The translations under genes and the position numbers were made by a program. 10,246 nt of DNA from Promethearchaeia archaeon. Lineage in GTDB: Archaea > Asgardarchaeota > Lokiarchaeia > Sigyniarchaeales > SOKP01. Numbering within the stretch: the first letter of the stretch is position 1; every line of letters begins with the position of its first letter. The stretch spans positions 1 through 10,246 of the forward strand of contig JAWOFX010000131.1 in assembly GCA_046497275.1 (NCBI GenBank). Reading direction: 5' to 3'. Under the pieces are notes generated by a model, which saw only the letters and a list, made by a program, of their open reading frames with translations, was not told where the DNA came from and did not search any database. Shown one piece after another: positions 6,209 through 10,246 of the stretch.

Positions 6209-7102
6209 ATGAAAGCAATTATTACCAATATCAAAAGAAATGCTTTGGATGACGGCCCCGGCATTCGTACTTTAATCTTCTTTAAAGGATGTCCATTATC
6301 TTGTTTTTGGTGTCAAAATCCAGAAACAAAATCTATGGACCAAGAGATTTCTTACGATAGTGAAAAGTGCATAGGATGTTTAGAATGTCAACAGAGCTGT
6401 CCTTCCGAGAGTATTGATTTTTCCAATATTTATCCGATAGATACAAATAAATGCAATTACTGTGGTTTATGTATAGAGGCTTGTCAAACCAGTGCCTTAG
6501 AGTTCACCGCCTTTCAATACGATGTTTCAGAGCTTCTAATGGAAATACTTAAAGATAAAATTTTTTATCAAAACTCTGGAGGAGGAATTACCCTTTCTGG
6601 TGGGGAGGCTACCATGCAACCAAGATTTCTAAGAGAATTTTTGCCTGAAGTTAAAAAGCATGATATTCATATATGTTTAGAAACATGTGGTTATTTTAAT
6701 TATAATGAATTTAAGGAGTCAGTTTTACCCTATTTAGATTTAATATATTTTGATCTTAAACTTTTTGATCCTCAGCTTCATAAAAAATATTGTGGAGTGG
6801 ATAATAAACTAATCTTACAAAATTTCGAAACATTATTGGAACTAGAAACTATTGAATTATTGCCAAGAATACCTTTAATACCTGATATAACAACTGATGT
6901 AAACAATCTTACCGCATGGAAAGATTACTTAAAAGAGCTAAATATACGAAAAACTGAGTTGTTACCTTATAATCCCCTATGGCTGTCAAAAATTCCTCAA
7001 TTAGGCAAAACTAGTGAATATAATAGATCAACTTGGTTAGAAAAAGGCGAAAAAGAAATTATTAAATCAATTTTTTCTGAGTTCGAATTTAGGGATTTTT
7101 AA
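6209..7102 (+). CDS. Glycyl-radical enzyme activating enzyme (radical SAM) with 2x[4Fe-4S] ferredoxin-like insert (297 aa)
   Basis: DDGPGIRTLIFFKGCPLSCFWCQNPE (CX3CX2C at aa 28/32/35). Two CX2CX2CX3C motifs (aa 54-64 and 82-92). GGITLSGGEA, LETCG, FDLK and RIPLIP motifs. Directly downstream of the GRE. Confidence 0.95.
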   Translation: MKAIITNIKRNALDDGPGIRTLIFFKGCPLSCFWCQNPETKSMDQEISYDSEKCIGCLECQQSCPSESIDFSNIYPIDTNKCNYCGLCIEACQTSALEFTAFQYDVSELLMEILKDKIFYQNSGGGITLSGGEATMQPRFLREFLPEVKKHDIHICLETCGYFNYNEFKESVLPYLDLIYFDLKLFDPQLHKKYCGVDNKLILQNFETLLELETIELLPRIPLIPDITTDVNNLTAWKDYLKELNIRKTELLPYNPLWLSKIPQLGKTSEYNRSTWLEKGEKEIIKSIFSEFEFRDF

Positions 7103-7110
7103 AACCAAAT

Positions 7111-8361
7111 TCAAAGTTTTTTTGTTAATATATACACACTATCATTTTTTTTCACAGGCTTATCAACTTTAATCCCAACAGCTAAATGATTTCCTTTAGA
7201 AATAATGGGTGTCTCTGTTAGGTTTTTCTTTTTTTTTATTTGGATTGAGGAGATTTTTTGCCGAAGATATGTCTCTGTATTTTTTCCTATAATGAAGATC
7301 TCGTCACCTAATCGTAGTTTGCCTCTATGAAGTAAGAGTTTAGCTGCTTTTTTCTCAGGAAAATAATTAATTACTTTTCCAATTTCCTTCTTGCGGTAAT
7401 CTGAAATATTGCCATGTTCATATCTTGATATTTCCTCACCCTTTGGCATACCAAAATAAAATCCAGTAGTAAACCCTCTATTATATACTTTTTTAAGTTG
7501 AGAAAGCCAATGTTTTACTTTGTCCTCAGAGAAGTTTGAATCATAATAGGCATCTATCGCTTCTCGATAACATTGGGTTACAGTTTCAATGTAGATTGGA
7601 TCCCTCATTCTTCCTTCTATTTTAAATGCATCTATGTTCGCCTCGATTAATTCTGGGATATATTCAATCATACAGAGATCTTTCGCATTTATGAAAAAAA
7701 CTCCATCATAGAGTAATCTGTTATCTTCTTGATCTATTACTGTCCATTTTCCTCGACAAGGTTGCGTACATTTACCCCTATTTGCAGAATATTCCTGAGA
7801 ACCACATATTTCAGCGGAAAAATAACATCTCCCTGAAATTGAGGTACATTGTGCCCCATGAATAAATGTTTCTATTTCCACATTCTTTAATTTAGATTTT
7901 ATCTCTTTAATTTGATGTAAAGATAATTCACGAGCAAGAATTAAACGTTTTGCCCCAAGTTCCTCATAAAATTTAGCTGAATAGGAATTAGAAATATTAC
8001 TTTGAGTTGATATATGAAAATCTAATCCTCTCTCTTTTGCTAACTTAATAACCCCAACATCATGTAAAATTACCGAATCCAACTCAGCTTCAATGCAAGC
8101 ATCTAAAATCTTTTCTACGAGATTGAACTCATTTTCATAAACAAGAACGTTAAGGGTTAAATATGCTTTCACATTGTTAGAATGACACTTATCCACAATA
8201 TTAGAAAGATCATCCAACTTGAAATTATCAGCATATGCTCTCATATTTAAGTCCTCGACCCCAAAATAAACTGAGTCTGCATTATTCAAAACCGCATTTA
8301 AAGATTTGTAGTTTTTAAGAGGGCTCATTAACTCTACGCGCTGATTTTCATTCTTCCCCAT
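7111..8361 (-). CDS. U32 'peptidase' family Fe-S protein (probable O2-independent RNA hydroxylase, TrhP/RlhA-related) with C-terminal beta-barrel (416 aa)
   Basis: ELMSP..ADSVYFG..MRAYADNF, HISTQ, LILAREL, ETFIHGAQC. Cys cluster C172-X6-C179-X18-C198-X3-C202, then KDLC, FKIEGR and YNRGFTTGFYFG. The C-terminal IGKVINYF..GDEIFIIG..VGIKVDKPVKKND segment resembles a translation-factor-type beta-barrel. Confidence 0.9.
   Translation of the reverse strand: MGKNENQRVELMSPLKNYKSLNAVLNNADSVYFGVEDLNMRAYADNFKLDDLSNIVDKCHSNNVKAYLTLNVLVYENEFNLVEKILDACIEAELDSVILHDVGVIKLAKERGLDFHISTQSNISNSYSAKFYEELGAKRLILARELSLHQIKEIKSKLKNVEIETFIHGAQCTSISGRCYFSAEICGSQEYSANRGKCTQPCRGKWTVIDQEDNRLLYDGVFFINAKDLCMIEYIPELIEANIDAFKIEGRMRDPIYIETVTQCYREAIDAYYDSNFSEDKVKHWLSQLKKVYNRGFTTGFYFGMPKGEEISRYEHGNISDYRKKEIGKVINYFPEKKAAKLLLHRGKLRLGDEIFIIGKNTETYLRQKISSIQIKKKKNLTETPIISKGNHLAVGIKVDKPVKKNDSVYILTKKL
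7117..7152 (+). terminator. Possible oligo-T terminator for the GRE-activase transcript (inside the 3' end of the convergent U32 gene)
   Basis: T7 at 7117-7123 and T8 at 7145-7152, 15-50 nt after the activase stop. They also encode Lys codons on the opposite strand, so this is ambiguous. Confidence 0.3.
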
Positions 8362-8383
8362 AATGAAGATAGGAAATCAAGGA

Positions 8384-8397
8384 AAAATAAATTTTTT
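8384..8397 (-). promoter_or_regulatory. Possible BRE/TATA-like element of the U32 gene
   Basis: Minus strand reads AAAAAA-TTTATTTT, with the 8-mer at -30 to -23 from ATG 8361. Confidence 0.3.
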
Positions 8398-8461
8398 GTT
8401 TAGGATTTTATACTTCGTATTTTAAATTAGAAAATTCCTACTGTTCAAATTTATTCAAACT

Positions 8462-8486
8462 AAAATAAAAAATGAAATAAAAAAAG
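8462..8486 (-). terminator. Oligo-T terminator-like tract after htpX
   Basis: Minus strand reads CTTTTTTTATTTCATTTTTTATTTT starting about 12 nt after the htpX stop, like an archaeal intrinsic terminator. Confidence 0.45.
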
Positions 8487-8498
8487 ATAATTATTATT

Positions 8499-10211
8499 TT
8501 ATATTGTAAACCAGAAATAGAACAGTACTGCTCCAATAATGAAACAAATTACTGCCCAAACGTAGGTCAAATGTTTGCTGTAGTTTTTGAATTTCCTGTT
8601 TCCAACATAGAGTTTATCTACTTGAATGTAAGGAGAGGGACCTCTTCTATACCAGCCTTGAATACGAACTGATTTCCCTATTAACTCAGGAACACGCCGT
8701 ATCGCCCAAAAGAAATCTACTAATCCTATTCCAAAACGATAATCAATATACATAATTCCTGTTTCATCTTGGAAATACATATCGTCACTGAAATAATACC
8801 CCGGAACTCCTTTTCCTATGATTTTACCTTCAATAATCGCAGGAATACATCGAACCGGAGAGGCTTTCACTTTAGTCACTAAATCTACTACTTTCATCGG
8901 TTCAAATCCACTACGATACATAAATTGAGTACGAAAGATAAATCCAAATCCAATGAAATAGAATCCTATTCCCCAAGCGAGAAGCATTTGTTCTGGTGCG
9001 ATTCCTAATCCAAATGGTAATGTGTAAAATCCAGCATAATCGAATATCCATGCAATAGTGAAGGCTAAGAATAAGATGAAAACAATTGCCGGAAGTTGTT
9101 TAAAGAATAGGTCGGTTAAGAATTCACCGGCCATAGATTTACCAGCTTGTTCTTCCTTTATTTCTTTTGCTCTAGAGAAATCTATTTCAGGTTCTATTCC
9201 ATATTCTCTGCATTGTCGATTTAAACGCTGAATTCTTTTTGCCGGAAGAGGATGGGTACTAAAGATTTGGAAATATTTTGCCCATGGATTATAGAGATCC
9301 CATGCTGCTGCTGCTTCAATTGCTTCCTTTGAATATACACCAGTCTTTCCCACAGCCTCAATAGCTAAACTACTTGCTTGCTTTGGATCGAAGATTCCCA
9401 ATCCTTTCAAGGCACGAACCTTTGACTTATTACGTTCTTCAATTTTAACACCTTGATCTGCCACCAAACCATATGCAATTTTAACAAGTCCTGTGGAAAG
9501 ATGATTTGGATTCTCTAACAATTCTGCTGAATGTTCGTCCGCATAATATTCTCTTATCCTACTTACAATTAAAGCGATTAAAAAGCCGATGTAATACGAA
9601 ATATATGATAGGATGGAAATTGCTATTAAAGCAATTCCGATTGTTGCTGCTCCATCACTATCCGTACTCCCTCTTCTACTAAAGAAACTTGCATAATATG
9701 CCCAACGTGCTATTGTTAATAATATCATTGGAATTGCAAACACAATTGTCATAAGAATGAAGTCTGAATGAACCACATGTCCTAGTTCATGTGCTAAAAC
9801 AGCTTTTTGTTCGTCTTTATCTAAGAATTCCAAGATTCCATCCGTTAAGACAACTCGTGCGTTATTTTTTGTATGACCGAAAGTAAATGCATTTGGGTTC
9901 TTATCATGAATAATGCCCAACCGCGGCATTTTTATTTTATTAAGATTTACAGCTTTATCAAGCGCTTCAGCTAGATGGGGATATTTGGATTTATATACAG
10001 CATAGTCCATCCAATCTATATCATAGACCCATTGAATTAAATAGGGTGAAACTCCATATTGGATCAAAATAATAACAACAGTAAACCCAATCATTAATAC
10101 CAGAGACCACCATGCAGTTCCGACAAACCATACCATTATCGCGAACACTACAGCATATACAAGGGCAAATAATGCTGTTACTGCTAATGTAGATGCTAAT
10201 TTTAATCCCAT
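8499..10211 (-). CDS. htpX: HtpX/M48 family membrane zinc metalloprotease, long form with extra C-terminal TM helices and a probable OB-fold-like domain (~570 aa)
   Basis: Two N-terminal TMs, PNAFTFG, HELGH zinc motif (9777-9791), third ligand in SRIREYYAD, and FSTHPLPAKRI. About 230 extra residues follow. ATG 10211 is preferred over the track's GTG 10220. Confidence 0.92.
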   Translation of the reverse strand: MGLKLASTLAVTALFALVYAVVFAIMVWFVGTAWWSLVLMIGFTVVIILIQYGVSPYLIQWVYDIDWMDYAVYKSKYPHLAEALDKAVNLNKIKMPRLGIIHDKNPNAFTFGHTKNNARVVLTDGILEFLDKDEQKAVLAHELGHVVHSDFILMTIVFAIPMILLTIARWAYYASFFSRRGSTDSDGAATIGIALIAISILSYISYYIGFLIALIVSRIREYYADEHSAELLENPNHLSTGLVKIAYGLVADQGVKIEERNKSKVRALKGLGIFDPKQASSLAIEAVGKTGVYSKEAIEAAAAWDLYNPWAKYFQIFSTHPLPAKRIQRLNRQCREYGIEPEIDFSRAKEIKEEQAGKSMAGEFLTDLFFKQLPAIVFILFLAFTIAWIFDYAGFYTLPFGLGIAPEQMLLAWGIGFYFIGFGFIFRTQFMYRSGFEPMKVVDLVTKVKASPVRCIPAIIEGKIIGKGVPGYYFSDDMYFQDETGIMYIDYRFGIGLVDFFWAIRRVPELIGKSVRIQGWYRRGPSPYIQVDKLYVGNRKFKNYSKHLTYVWAVICFIIGAVLFYFWFTI

Positions 10212-10246
10212 ATTTTTCACATTTATTTATTTTTAAATATTTTTTA

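Noticed and set aside
7111-8361. Literal collagenase/protease function for the U32 protein
   Set aside because: The four-Cys Fe-S motif and the characterised family members (RlhA, TrhP, UbiU/V) point to a hydroxylase. The peptidase name is historical.
1-10246. CRISPR array, tRNA/rRNA, IS element or Sec/Pyl recoding
   Set aside because: No regularly spaced repeats, cloverleaf-like stems, transposase ORFs or terminal inverted repeats were seen, and no long ORF contains an in-frame TGA or TAG.

Overview
AT-rich prokaryotic window that looks archaeal: BRE/TATA-like promoters, oligo-T tracts after genes, weak or absent Shine-Dalgarno sites and a surface protein heavily enriched in N-X-S/T sequons. 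An Asgard/Lokiarchaeia-like origin is my inference, not something the sequence proves. From left to right: (1) a small two-TM ORF broken by one in-frame TAA (128-379, +); (2) a ~634-aa two-TM surface protein with a tandem internal domain repeat (-); (3) a 69-aa hypothetical ORF (-); (4) a back-to-back promoter-like inverted repeat; (5) a ~992-aa glycyl radical enzyme (GRE) of the single-Cys GCVE type with an N-terminal SCP2-like (lipid-binding fold) domain, followed by its radical-SAM activase with a 2x[4Fe-4S] ferredoxin insert (+); (6) a convergent U32-family Fe-S protein and a long-form HtpX/M48 protease (-). No rRNA, tRNA, CRISPR array or mobile element was seen. The best candidate for an undescribed system is the SCP2-fused GRE plus activase, whose active-site residues match no GRE I can assign. 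It may be linked to the divergent glycosylated two-TM surface protein and/or the U32 enzyme in anaerobic handling of a hydrophobic substrate.
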